DNA of 60,853 nucleotides, the filler included. It is 8 parts of 8 records of this genome, joined end to end, with 100 filler letters (N's around TTAATTAATTAA, not from the genome) between each part and the next. Parts side by side here need not be neighbours in the genome. Positions count along the whole stretch, not along the records: positions 27,841 to 33,415 come from SRR31147125_477; positions 33,516 to 40,494 come from SRR31147125_482; 6 more parts are not named here. One strand, given 5' to 3'. A model generated the notes under the pieces. That model was not told where the DNA came from. It worked only from the letters and a program-made list of their open reading frames with translations, and searched no databases. A program made the translations under genes and the position numbers. Below, one piece after another: positions 30,514-40,594 of this stretch (position 1 is its first letter; every line of letters begins with the position of its first letter).

Positions 30514-31859
30514 ATGAGCCAGGAATTCATTGATGTTGTAGCAAAAGAACTTGAAGAATCTGCTGTTATTGACCGAGAATTATATAATCGGTTCTCAGTT
30601 AAGCGTGGACTTCGAAATCAGGATGGATCCGGTGTTCTGGCAGGCTTGACAAAGATTTCCAGTGTTATTGGATTCAAAATCGTTGATGAGGAAATTAGAC
30701 CGGTTGATGGGGAATTATATTACCGGGGAATTCGAATTGATGAATTAGTCAATGGTGTTCAAAAAGAAGGACGCCATGGATTTTCAGAGGTTATTTATTT
30801 GTTGCTGTTTGGAAGACTGCCACATCAGAAAGAACTGGACAGTTTTAAAGAATACCTAAAACCATTAATTCAACTACAACAGGGGCTAAATGAAACGTCC
30901 ATTTTGCAATTTCCAAGCCCGAGTGTGATGAATAAACTCCAGCGAGTGATACTTGTTCATTACGGGCTTGATCCGAATCCTGATGATATCTCTGTTTCAA
31001 ATGTATTAAAACAATGTATAAGTTTAATTGCCAAAATCCCAACTATTATCGCTTATTCTTATCAGGCGATGAGGCATAAACTCTATAATGAATCATTATT
31101 TGTCCATCCACCCAATACCGAGCTCTGCTGCGCTGAGAATTTTCTCTATATGCTACGCCCGGATAAAAAGTACTCAAAGCTGGAAGCAGATCTACTTGAT
31201 TTAGCACTCATTCTGCATGCGGATCATGGTGGAGGTAATAACTCTACCTTTACGACGCATGTTGTTTCTTCAAGTAATACAGACACTTATTCTGCCATTG
31301 CTGCAGCTGTTGGCTCTCTGAAAGGACCTTTGCATGGAGCTGCAAACTCTTATGTCATGGATATGATGACTAATATCAAGGAAAATGTCAAGGATTGGAG
31401 TGATGAGGATGAAGTGGCCAACTATTTGGAAAAAATATTAAAGAAAGAAGCTCATGATCGTACTGGCTTGATTTATGGTGTTGGACATGCTGTTTATACG
31501 AAATCCGATCCACGGGCGATAATATTGAAAAAGAAAGCGAAAGAATTGGCGCAGGATAAGGGCAGGCTGGATGAGCATCAGCTCTATTTAAACGTTGAAA
31601 AGCTTGCCCCCGGACTTTTCAAAAAGTAAGAAATTCGGAAAAGGTGATTTCCGCAAATGTGGATTTTTATTCAGGTTTTGTTTACGACCTGTTGGGTTTT
31701 CCCAGGGAAATTTATACACCTCTTTTTGCTATGGCTAGGATCGTTGGCTGGTCCGCGCATCGTATCGAGGAAATAACCAATGGAAAGCGTATTATTCGGC
31801 CAGCATATAAAAATGTATCAAAATCCCTGAAATATGTACCCATTGATAAGCGGCAGTAA
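30514..31859 (+). CDS. gltA: Citrate synthase (frameshift near 31625)
   Basis: KRGLRN, LHADHGGGNNST, GPLHGAAN, GVGHAVY, ANVDFYSG, ARIVGWSAH. Confidence 0.9.
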
Positions 31860-31941
31860 CAAGAACAGAGAGCACCGGATTATTCATATAATAGATAGAT
31901 TTTTCTATCAGGTGCGGAAAAAGTGACATAAGAAAATAAAA

Positions 31942-31999
31942 AATGGCCTTACCGGGACCATCTTTTACATGATGGAATTTCAGTAAGGCCATTGTTTTT
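31942..31999. terminator. Long hairpin between convergent genes (probably a bidirectional terminator)
   Basis: aatggccttac...gtaaggccatt with flanking A- and T-runs. Confidence 0.55.
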
Positions 32000-32019
32000 T
32001 TCTAAAAGAAAATATCGAT

Positions 32020-33351
32020 TTATTTATCTTGTCCAGGAACAGGTACGGATGTTACTATGCCAACATTTCCTAATTTGTAGGATGCAGGACCAAGTTTCAG
32101 ATCTGATCCCATAACCTCTTCCCAGGTTACTTCTTTACCCGTATACGCAGAAATACGGCCCATTATAGCAGCCATTGTGGAAACAGCCGTATTTTCAGCT
32201 TCATTGATGGGCTTGTTTGTACGAATGGCTGTTACAAGGTCAATATGTTCCTGATCGTAAGGAGAAATCATGCCACTATATCTTACCTTTTTCTCTCCCT
32301 CTTTTTCTTGTACAGGATAAGTATATTTCCAGGCAACACTTCCATCCGGATTCAGGATTTCGTTTCTACAATTTGAAGATCCTTTTGTACCCTGAACAAA
32401 TTCGGAAACGTTATTAGCACACCCGCTGATTTGACGACACATACTATGAACGTGGATGCCATTTTCATACGTAAAGTCAATACTAAAATTATCAAATTGA
32501 TCTCCGGTAACACGTCTTTGTCTGGAGCCAAATCCGACGGCCTTCACCGGTTTCATACCGGTGTACCAGTTAATAACATCAATGTTATGAACGTGTTGCT
32601 CTACAATATGATCTCCGGAGAGCCAGCACCAGTTCACCCAATCACGGATATGATGTTCCATTTCTGTCCAACCTCCCTTACGGGTACGATACCAGAGTTG
32701 TCCTCCATTCCAGTAACAATTGGCAGAGACAATATCTCCAATAGCTCCACTCATAATTTGGCGGTATGTTTCAATATAATCTCTTTGATGGCGTCTTTGT
32801 GTACCTGTCACGACAGATAATCCAGCTGCTTCGGCTTTTTTAGCTGTTGCCATAATAGAGCGAGCTCCTACCGGATCCACAGCCACGGGTTTTTCCATGA
32901 ATACATGCTTGCGCGCACCTACGGCTGCCGCAAATTGGGCTGGTCGAAAATGGGGAGGTGTAGCAATAAGGACGATATCAACGCCTGAGTCGATCAGTTT
33001 TTCGTAAGCATCAAAACCGACAAAACATTTTTCATCTGCAATGTCTACATTTTTTTCTTTTTTAATTTTAGCCCGGCAGGATTCGAGACGATCTTTAAAA
33101 ACATCAGCCAGTGCTGTGATGGTTATATTTGGCCCTGCGTTTAAAAAGTTTAGAGCTGCGCCAGTACCTCTACCTCCACAACCAATAAGACCTGCTTTTA
33201 AAAGGGGACCATCAGGAGCCTGGTCCAACAGGGGAGGAAGGTTTAAATCCCCAACCTTTTTCTTGGAACCGCAGGCCATCATGATTGTGCTGGCAGCTGC
33301 GACCGTACCGATGAAGTGACGCCGACTAAAACCTTTTTCATTTTCATGCAT
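32020..33351 (-). CDS. Tat-exported Gfo/Idh/MocA family oxidoreductase (probable lipoprotein)
   Basis: FSRRHFIG twin-arginine signal, MMACG, GLIGCGGRG, MEKPVA, GDHIVEQHVHNID. Confidence 0.9.
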   Translation of the reverse strand: MHENEKGFSRRHFIGTVAAASTIMMACGSKKKVGDLNLPPLLDQAPDGPLLKAGLIGCGGRGTGAALNFLNAGPNITITALADVFKDRLESCRAKIKKEKNVDIADEKCFVGFDAYEKLIDSGVDIVLIATPPHFRPAQFAAAVGARKHVFMEKPVAVDPVGARSIMATAKKAEAAGLSVVTGTQRRHQRDYIETYRQIMSGAIGDIVSANCYWNGGQLWYRTRKGGWTEMEHHIRDWVNWCWLSGDHIVEQHVHNIDVINWYTGMKPVKAVGFGSRQRRVTGDQFDNFSIDFTYENGIHVHSMCRQISGCANNVSEFVQGTKGSSNCRNEILNPDGSVAWKYTYPVQEKEGEKKVRYSGMISPYDQEHIDLVTAIRTNKPINEAENTAVSTMAAIMGRISAYTGKEVTWEEVMGSDLKLGPASYKLGNVGIVTSVPVPGQDK

Positions 33352-33415
33352 GGTATCTCTCCTTTGCCCTTGTTAAACGAAAAACTTAATGGATTAACGC
33401 ACATTTTGAAAAAAA

Positions 33416-33515
33416 NNNNNNNNNNNNNNNNNNNNNNNNNNNNNNNNNNNNNNNNNNNNTTAATTAATTAANNNNNNNNNNNNNNNNNNNNNNNNNNNNN
33501 NNNNNNNNNNNNNNN
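33416..33515. other. Artificial contig-join spacer
   Basis: N-run + TTAATTAATTAA + N-run. Confidence 0.98.
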
Positions 33516-34037
33516 GACCGTGTAATTTTAGGAAATTCCTTCCCAGACTTTATTTGGGGTATGTCTAACGATTTCTCATTTAAAGGATTTACATTAAATA
33601 TTTTCTTTGAAGGAGCACAAGGGCTTAGCATGCTAAACAACAACCTTGTCGACTCTTATTTCCCGATTAATTTCAGGAGGAACAAATATGCAGAACCTTA
33701 TTTGAACAGATGGACGCCTGAGAATCCATCCAACAAATATCCTTCATTTGTAAATCCTAATGGGCAGGGCAACAAAGCAGTTAACTCATATACAGTTGAA
33801 GACGCTTCCTATGCACGCTTAAAAACAGTTAAATTGAGTTACAATTTTGCTCTTAACAACAAGAAGTTTTTCAAACATGCTTCTGTTTATGTAACTGGTC
33901 AAAACCTCGTCACAATAACAGATTATTCTGGCTTAAACCCGGCAAGTAACTCTAATGGCAATCCAAGCTTGAAAATTGATTACAACTCATATCCAGTTGC
34001 AAGAACATTTTTAGTTGGCGTTGAACTTGAATTTTAA
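33516..34037 (+). CDS. susC: SusC/RagA TonB-dependent transporter, C-terminal fragment
   Basis: RWTPEN, VEDASYARLK, YVTGQNL.T.T.YSG..P, YPVARTF..G...F C-terminus. Confidence 0.92.
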   Translation, partial: DRVILGNSFPDFIWGMSNDFSFKGFTLNIFFEGAQGLSMLNNNLVDSYFPINFRRNKYAEPYLNRWTPENPSNKYPSFVNPNGQGNKAVNSYTVEDASYARLKTVKLSYNFALNNKKFFKHASVYVTGQNLVTITDYSGLNPASNSNGNPSLKIDYNSYPVARTFLVGVELEF

Positions 34038-34055
34038 TTAAAATTTAAAAGAATC

Positions 34056-35519
34056 ATGAAAAAATACTTATATATTTTATTTAGCATAACATTTAGCCTA
34101 TTACTATTCTCAGGCTGTGAAGAAGACCTGTTACAAGAAGATGTTTATTCTGAACTAGATCCGAATGGATTATTTAATACACTATCCGGTGCTGAGGCCG
34201 TTTTGTTTGCAGCTTATGGCGAAGCTAATCTTACTGGTTGGGATGGAAAAAGCACGTTAAACCTCGAAGAATGGTGTACCGATCTTGAATGGGAAACAGG
34301 TGGAGGAGAAAACAGGACTGCTGTTTTAATGATCAATTTTACCTGGGACTCAGGTACTGACTGGATTCGTAATCTAATGTGGAACCGTCCGTACAGGGCC
34401 ATTAGAAATGCAAATTCAATATTGGATAATATTAATGAATCAACTTTGGAAGATAGTGATAAAACATTACTTAAAGCAGAAGCGAGATTTATACGTGCCA
34501 TGGTATATTATAATTTATACACATGGTTTGGCGAGGTGCCAATAAGAACCAGCTTAAGCGATGAATTAATTCTTGCCAAGGCTACTGATTCCGAGATGTT
34601 ATCTTTTATTGAGACAGAATTGACAGAAATAATTGCTGAATTACCAGGACCTGGTGATGTGAAAAATTATGGCAGGGCTCATAAAGGCGCCGCATATGCA
34701 TTATTGGCCAAATTTTATTTAAACTCAAAGCAATGGCAAAAATGTGTTGATGCTGCAAATAGTGTTATCAACATGAATTATTACGAATTGTACCCTGAAT
34801 ACAAAGATTTGTTTAAAGTAGAAAACGAAATGAACAATGAATTTATTTGGGTTCACCAGGGAGTGGCAGACGGCTTGGGCTGTGGAATAATTAACGGCGC
34901 CTTCCCCATTGACTTCAACATTGAGCCTATCACAGGTTTTCAATGGACATCTAACATGAGAAACTGGGCAGCCCAGTACCGTTTGTACGACTCCTTTTAC
35001 AATTCATTTGAAGAAGGTGACAAACGAAGGGAGCTTATTATTTCAGAGTTTATTAATAAGAGTGGCGATACAATCTCTCTGTTAGATGCTGATAACACCC
35101 GATCTTTCAAATATTGGCCAGACGCAAATGCACAGGGCAATGAGCATGGAAATGATATTCCAGAAGTTAGATATGCTGATGTACTTCTTGCAAAAGCCGA
35201 GGCTTTAAATGAATTAAACGGCCCAACCCAGGATGCATTGGATTTAATTAACGATGTAAGGGAGAGAGCTGGTCTTGAAGATTTACTATTAGCAGATTTC
35301 GGCTCAAAAGAAGAACTACGGGATCATATTCTCGCTGAAAGAAGTTGGGAATTTTATACAGAACGCAAAAGGAGGCAGGATTTAATCCGCCATGGAAAAT
35401 TTGTTAGCTCTGCGCAGGATCGTGGGGTTACAAATGCACAAGCACACCATGTCAGGTTCCCAATTCCCCAAACAGAATTGGATGCTAACCCGGAATTAGT
35501 GCAAAATGATGGTTATTAA
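34056..35519 (+). CDS. susD: RagB/SusD family outer-membrane lipoprotein
   Basis: Lipobox FSGC, AEARFIRA, RYADVLL.KAEA.NE, ER..EF..E..R..DL.R, PIPQ.E...NP.L.QN.GY. Confidence 0.93.
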   Translation: MKKYLYILFSITFSLLLFSGCEEDLLQEDVYSELDPNGLFNTLSGAEAVLFAAYGEANLTGWDGKSTLNLEEWCTDLEWETGGGENRTAVLMINFTWDSGTDWIRNLMWNRPYRAIRNANSILDNINESTLEDSDKTLLKAEARFIRAMVYYNLYTWFGEVPIRTSLSDELILAKATDSEMLSFIETELTEIIAELPGPGDVKNYGRAHKGAAYALLAKFYLNSKQWQKCVDAANSVINMNYYELYPEYKDLFKVENEMNNEFIWVHQGVADGLGCGIINGAFPIDFNIEPITGFQWTSNMRNWAAQYRLYDSFYNSFEEGDKRRELIISEFINKSGDTISLLDADNTRSFKYWPDANAQGNEHGNDIPEVRYADVLLAKAEALNELNGPTQDALDLINDVRERAGLEDLLLADFGSKEELRDHILAERSWEFYTERKRRQDLIRHGKFVSSAQDRGVTNAQAHHVRFPIPQTELDANPELVQNDGY

Positions 35520-35539
35520 AAACATATAATATAAAATAA

Positions 35540-35696
35540 GAAGAGGGTGTCTAAAAACAAAAAGATTAAAATCGTATTTCTTTATCTTCTGTGAAACTTT
35601 GTGTAATACCTCCGTGTAACTTCTGTGTCATAGCTTTAAAGATTATGACAAAAAGGAAACAAAAGGAGACACATAGATTTTTTAGACACCCTCTTC
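35540..35696. mobile_element. MITE/REP-like element with 18-bp terminal inverted repeats (GAAGAGGGTGTCTAAAAA)
   Basis: IRs at 35540-35557 and 35679-35696; interior degenerate ctgtg/cacaga repeats; related end at 40460. Confidence 0.6.
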
Positions 35697-35727
35697 ATTT
35701 AATAAGCAATAATTAACTGCAATTAGT

Positions 35728-37113
35728 ATGGTACTACCCAAACAAATTTTCACTTTCACTTTAGTCTCCTTCTTTTCAATACTGGTAAGGCCAGCGTATT
35801 CGGGTGAACCATCAGAAAAGAATCCTCAAAAAAACATACTCATTTTTATTGCAGACGATTTGGCCTGGAACGAAATTGGGTGTTACGGTGGTTCCAATGT
35901 AAAAACCCCAAACATTGATCAATTAGCCAAAGAAGGAGTTCAATTCAACCACATGTATTCATCAACGTCCATGTGCTGTCCGACAAGGGCAAGCATCTAT
36001 ACAGGACTTTACCCCATGCACCATGGGGTAGTAAGAAACCATGCCCGATCAAAAGAAAATATTAAAAGTGTGGCCCATTATTTAGGTGAAATGGGTTACC
36101 GCGTAGGACTCACGGGGAAACAGCATTTCAGCCCCAAAAGCGTTTACCCATTTGAAATAATTGAAGGATTTGAACCGAACTGCGTAAAATCAACCGCTGA
36201 TTATGACACGAAAGGAATAGAAGAATTTATAAAAAGAGATAGCAAACAACCTTTTTGCTTGTTTGTCTGCAGCACCCACCCGCATGTTCCGTGGACAGTT
36301 GGCGACCCTTCAAAATATAATCCAGACAACCTCAATTTGCCACCTGTTTTGCATGATAATAAAGAAACACGCCTGGCTTTATCAAAATATGTTGCTGAAG
36401 TAGATGTATTGGATCAACAATTTGGTGATGTAATAGCTGTTTTGAAAAATAGCAACAATTATGATAATACAATGATTGCATTTTGCGGTGAGCAGGGGCC
36501 ACAATTCCCGGGAGGGAAATGGACTTGTTGGGATTATGGCCAAAAAAGTGCATTCATCGTTAAGCTTCCCAAAATGGATAATCCAGGAAGAAAGACAGAA
36601 GCACTAGTGCAATACGAAGATCTATTACCAACAATGATTGATTACTTGGGAGAAACCATTCCTGAAGGATTAGACGGAAAAAGTTTTTTAGGAATACTCG
36701 AAGAAAAAACCGAAATGCATAGGGATTGGGTTTTTGGCGTACATAACAACATTCCTGAAGGAAATCCCTACCCTGTAAGAACTATTAGAAATAATAAATA
36801 CAAATTAATACTTAACTTATCTCCGGAATTGCTTTTTTATGAAAAACACCTGATGGGGCTTGACAAAGAAAAATATTGGTTATCATGGGTTCGTGATGCA
36901 AAAACACAAACAGATGCCAGTTCGCTTGTTATTAGGTATATTGTAAGACCTGAAATGGAATTCTACAATATTGAAGAAGATCCTTGGGAATTAAACAATC
37001 TTGCTGAAAATCCAGATTTATTAACTGAAATTCCAGAAGAAATGAAAACATTATTGCTTAATTGGCTGGATGAACAAGGTGACCCGGGAAAAATACTTGA
37101 TGTAAATCCCTAA
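35728..37113 (+). CDS. S1 (formylglycine-dependent) sulfatase, Cys-type
   Basis: ADDL, CCPTRAS, GKQH, PHVPW; signal peptide. Confidence 0.92.
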   Translation: MVLPKQIFTFTLVSFFSILVRPAYSGEPSEKNPQKNILIFIADDLAWNEIGCYGGSNVKTPNIDQLAKEGVQFNHMYSSTSMCCPTRASIYTGLYPMHHGVVRNHARSKENIKSVAHYLGEMGYRVGLTGKQHFSPKSVYPFEIIEGFEPNCVKSTADYDTKGIEEFIKRDSKQPFCLFVCSTHPHVPWTVGDPSKYNPDNLNLPPVLHDNKETRLALSKYVAEVDVLDQQFGDVIAVLKNSNNYDNTMIAFCGEQGPQFPGGKWTCWDYGQKSAFIVKLPKMDNPGRKTEALVQYEDLLPTMIDYLGETIPEGLDGKSFLGILEEKTEMHRDWVFGVHNNIPEGNPYPVRTIRNNKYKLILNLSPELLFYEKHLMGLDKEKYWLSWVRDAKTQTDASSLVIRYIVRPEMEFYNIEEDPWELNNLAENPDLLTEIPEEMKTLLLNWLDEQGDPGKILDVNP

Positions 37114-37127
37114 AAACAAAATATAAA

Positions 37128-38738
37128 ATGATAAGATGCCCTTTCTTCTTTTCTTTAACAATTCTATTATCGCTCATATTAAATAGTTGTACACGAAAAG
37201 AGAGTAGTCAGGAAAAACCAAACGTCCTCATCATCATGGCCGATGACATGGGATTTTCTGATATAGGCTGTTATGGAGGCGAAATTCAAACCCCAACAAT
37301 CGACCGTCTTGCTGAAAATGGTGTCAGGTTTAAGCAATTTTATAATTCTGCCCGTTGTTGCCCCACAAGAGCCTCTTTGATGACGGGGCTATATCCTCAT
37401 CAAACAGGAATTGGGCACATGACAAATACTCCAAAAAATCCTAGTCAGCATAATTATGGATTGCCCGCTTACCAGGGGTATTTAAATCAAAATTCTGTAA
37501 CAATTGCTGAGATGCTAAAACCAGCAGGTTATGAAACACTTATGTGCGGTAAATGGCATCTTGGCTATCATGGAAAAGAAAAATGGCCATTACAGCGCGG
37601 ATTTGACAAATTTTATGGCATTATTTCAGGGGCTGCAAATTATTTCAAACCCGAAGATCCACGTGGTTTAATGCTCAATAATGAAAAAATTGAACCGGAA
37701 GAGGATTATTATATTACCGATGGATTTACGGATTATGCCATAAATTTTTTGAAAGAGAATGAGCAGGAAAGCAATAAACCTTTTTTCATGTACCTGGCTT
37801 ATACCAGCCCTCATTGGCCGCTTAATGCCCCTCAGAAAGATATTGAAAAATATCAAGGAAAATACATGCAGGGTTGGGGTAAAATGCGCAACGATCGACT
37901 AAGTAAGATGAAGGAAATCGGATTATTAAATGAAAATGTTGAGTTATCTGAACAAGCAGGCCCTAACTGGGACAGTATTCCGGAAGATAAAAAAGCCGAA
38001 ATGGATTTAAGAATGGCCATCTATGCTGCACAGATTGACAGGATGGATCAAAATATTGGAAAACTTGTGAATTACCTCGAAGCATCAGGAGAATTGGACA
38101 ACACCATTATTTTCTTCCTGTCCGATAATGGAGGATGCGCCGAGGGAGGTATGTACGGTGGTGGTGACGCAGAAATATTGGGAACAAAAGAAGGTTACTT
38201 TCTTACTTATGGCGAAGGTTGGGCAAATGCATCAAACACACCTTTTAAAATGTACAAACATTGGGTTCATGAAGGTGGGATAAGTACGCCACTCGTAATT
38301 CATTGGCCAAAAGGAATTCCAGAACAAAACAATGGTACATGGATAAATCAATATTCTTTTCTGCCTGATATTGCTGCGACTATTCAATCTGTGACCGGTG
38401 CAGCATATCCTAAAAGTTTTAATGGATTTCCCGTGCATGAATTAGTTGGGGAAAATATTTTACCAGCAATTTTAGAAAATACAACCATCCACACCCAGCC
38501 TGTTTTCTGGGAGCATGAGGGAAATTGCGCTGTCCGGGATGGTGATTTAAAAATGGTTAAAAAATATCCGGGTGACTGGGAACTTTATAATTTGAACGAC
38601 GACAGGGCTGAAAGCAAAAATTTAATTAGTCAGATGCCCGAGAAAGCCAATGAATTAAAAAAGAAATATAACGATTGGGCAGAAGATAATAATGTTGTTG
38701 AATGGGATTCAATTCTTAGTATAATCAATAATAAATAA
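37128..38738 (+). CDS. Arylsulfatase (S1), Cys-type lipoprotein
   Basis: LNSC lipobox, ADDMG, CCPTRAS, GKWHLG, PHWP, SDNG. Confidence 0.93.
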   Translation: MIRCPFFFSLTILLSLILNSCTRKESSQEKPNVLIIMADDMGFSDIGCYGGEIQTPTIDRLAENGVRFKQFYNSARCCPTRASLMTGLYPHQTGIGHMTNTPKNPSQHNYGLPAYQGYLNQNSVTIAEMLKPAGYETLMCGKWHLGYHGKEKWPLQRGFDKFYGIISGAANYFKPEDPRGLMLNNEKIEPEEDYYITDGFTDYAINFLKENEQESNKPFFMYLAYTSPHWPLNAPQKDIEKYQGKYMQGWGKMRNDRLSKMKEIGLLNENVELSEQAGPNWDSIPEDKKAEMDLRMAIYAAQIDRMDQNIGKLVNYLEASGELDNTIIFFLSDNGGCAEGGMYGGGDAEILGTKEGYFLTYGEGWANASNTPFKMYKHWVHEGGISTPLVIHWPKGIPEQNNGTWINQYSFLPDIAATIQSVTGAAYPKSFNGFPVHELVGENILPAILENTTIHTQPVFWEHEGNCAVRDGDLKMVKKYPGDWELYNLNDDRAESKNLISQMPEKANELKKKYNDWAEDNNVVEWDSILSIINNK

Positions 38739-38742
38739 CAAT

Positions 38743-40374
38743 ATGTATAATAAGTTAATTCCGCTAAGTTTACTACTTGCAGTCTTATTTAGCGGTTGTT
38801 CGCAAACAGAAAAGAAAATCGCAGAAAAACCGAATATCCTCCTCATTATGGTTGATGATATGGGCTATTCTGATTTGGGTTGTTATGGAGGTGAAGTGCA
38901 AACACCCAATTTGAATGATCTTGCAGGACAAGGCATCCGGTTTACGCAGATGTACAATTGCGCCCGGTGTTGTCCAACCCGTGCATCATTATTAACAGGC
39001 CATTACCCTCAACAGGTAGGTATTAATGGTATGGGCGTAAACCTAAGCATGAATGCTGCCACCATTGGTGAAATTTTGAAAGAAAACGGATATCATACAG
39101 GAATGACCGGAAAATGGCATTTGTCCAGAACGAAGGCTTTTGATGATCCAAACGAACAATTAGAATGGTTAGCAAACAGGATAGACCGCGGCCCATTTTC
39201 TCCGGTAGAAAATTATCCGAGCAACAGGGGATTCGATGAACATTGGGGAGTTATCTGGGGAGTTGTCAACTTCTTTAATCCGTTTAGTTTGGTACATAAT
39301 GAAGAACCGATAAAAGATATCCCGGAAGATTTCTATATGACAAATTTTATTACCGAAAAATCAATTGACCTAATTGATGAATACAGCAAAGACGCGAAGC
39401 CGTTCTTTTTGTATGTTGCCCATACTGCGCCACACTGGCCATTACATGCACTTCCTGAAGATATTGCTAAATATGAAGACACATTCAAAATGGGGTGGGA
39501 TTCACTGCGTGCAAACCGCTACAAAAGAATGATTGAACTCGGTTTAATCGATGAAGAAACGTATAAATTACCCGAAAATTCATCAGGGAAAAGCTGGGAA
39601 GAATGTGAGGAAAAAGATTATGAAGCAGCTAATATGGCTGCACACGCTGCCATGATAGACAGAGTTGACCAGGGAATTGGTCAGATAATCGATAAACTAA
39701 AAGAGACAGGTCAATACGAAAACACCATTATTTTTGTACTTTCTGATAATGGAGCATCTTACGAAAGAGGATATCCTCCGGGATTTGACAGACCTGGATA
39801 CACGAAAGATTCAACAATAATTGAATACAATGCACCGGTTGCCGGAGCAGAAACTACCTGGAATTACCTTGGCAATGCATGGGCCAGTGCTGTTAACACG
39901 CCTTTCAGATATTGGAAAAAAGAATCGTATGAAGGGGGTAGCGCAACGCCATTTATTGTACACTGGCCTAAAGGTTTAAAAGGAAAAGAAAATACCATTA
40001 ACAGGGGAATGGCTCATGTCATTGATATTTTACCTACCTGCCTTGAGTTATCAGGGGCAGAATATCCAGAAACAATTAATGGAGAAGAAACTGCATCTCC
40101 AGTGGGCAAAAGCCTTATTCCTCTTTTATCTGGTGAAACTGATAAAATTCATGACACACTTTACTGGGAACACGAAAGAGGCAGGGCTATACGCATAGGT
40201 GATTGGAAAATGGCTGCCCTCCCCGATAAAGAATGGGAATTGTTTAATATTACCAAAGATCAAACAGAAGTGAATAACCTAGCTTCTCAGTATCCAAACA
40301 AAGTTGCTGAAATGAATGAAGCATGGGAAGCATGGGCAAGAACAATGAACATTAATCTTGAAAGATTTAAATAA
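38743..40374 (+). CDS. Arylsulfatase (S1), Cys-type lipoprotein
   Basis: FSGC lipobox, VDDMG, CCPTRAS, GKWHL, PHWP, SDNG. Confidence 0.93.
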   Translation: MYNKLIPLSLLLAVLFSGCSQTEKKIAEKPNILLIMVDDMGYSDLGCYGGEVQTPNLNDLAGQGIRFTQMYNCARCCPTRASLLTGHYPQQVGINGMGVNLSMNAATIGEILKENGYHTGMTGKWHLSRTKAFDDPNEQLEWLANRIDRGPFSPVENYPSNRGFDEHWGVIWGVVNFFNPFSLVHNEEPIKDIPEDFYMTNFITEKSIDLIDEYSKDAKPFFLYVAHTAPHWPLHALPEDIAKYEDTFKMGWDSLRANRYKRMIELGLIDEETYKLPENSSGKSWEECEEKDYEAANMAAHAAMIDRVDQGIGQIIDKLKETGQYENTIIFVLSDNGASYERGYPPGFDRPGYTKDSTIIEYNAPVAGAETTWNYLGNAWASAVNTPFRYWKKESYEGGSATPFIVHWPKGLKGKENTINRGMAHVIDILPTCLELSGAEYPETINGEETASPVGKSLIPLLSGETDKIHDTLYWEHERGRAIRIGDWKMAALPDKEWELFNITKDQTEVNNLASQYPNKVAEMNEAWEAWARTMNINLERFK

Positions 40375-40459
40375 TATTGAAAATAAAAAGTACTGACTGA
40401 TAAATATTAAATGGAGTATTTCATTACAAGTAAAAAAGAATTAGAAATTGACTAGATTT

Positions 40460-40494
40460 AGGGTGTCCGAAAAGTATATTAATTCCTCGCAAAG
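40460..40494 (+). repeat. Start of a second AGGGTGTC..AAA repeat element at the contig end
   Basis: agggtgtccgaaaa resembles the left IR at 35544. Confidence 0.45.
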
Positions 40495-40594
40495 NNNNNN
40501 NNNNNNNNNNNNNNNNNNNNNNNNNNNNNNNNNNNNNNTTAATTAATTAANNNNNNNNNNNNNNNNNNNNNNNNNNNNNNNNNNNNNNNNNNNN
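40495..40594. other. Artificial contig-join spacer
   Basis: N-run + TTAATTAATTAA + N-run. Confidence 0.98.
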
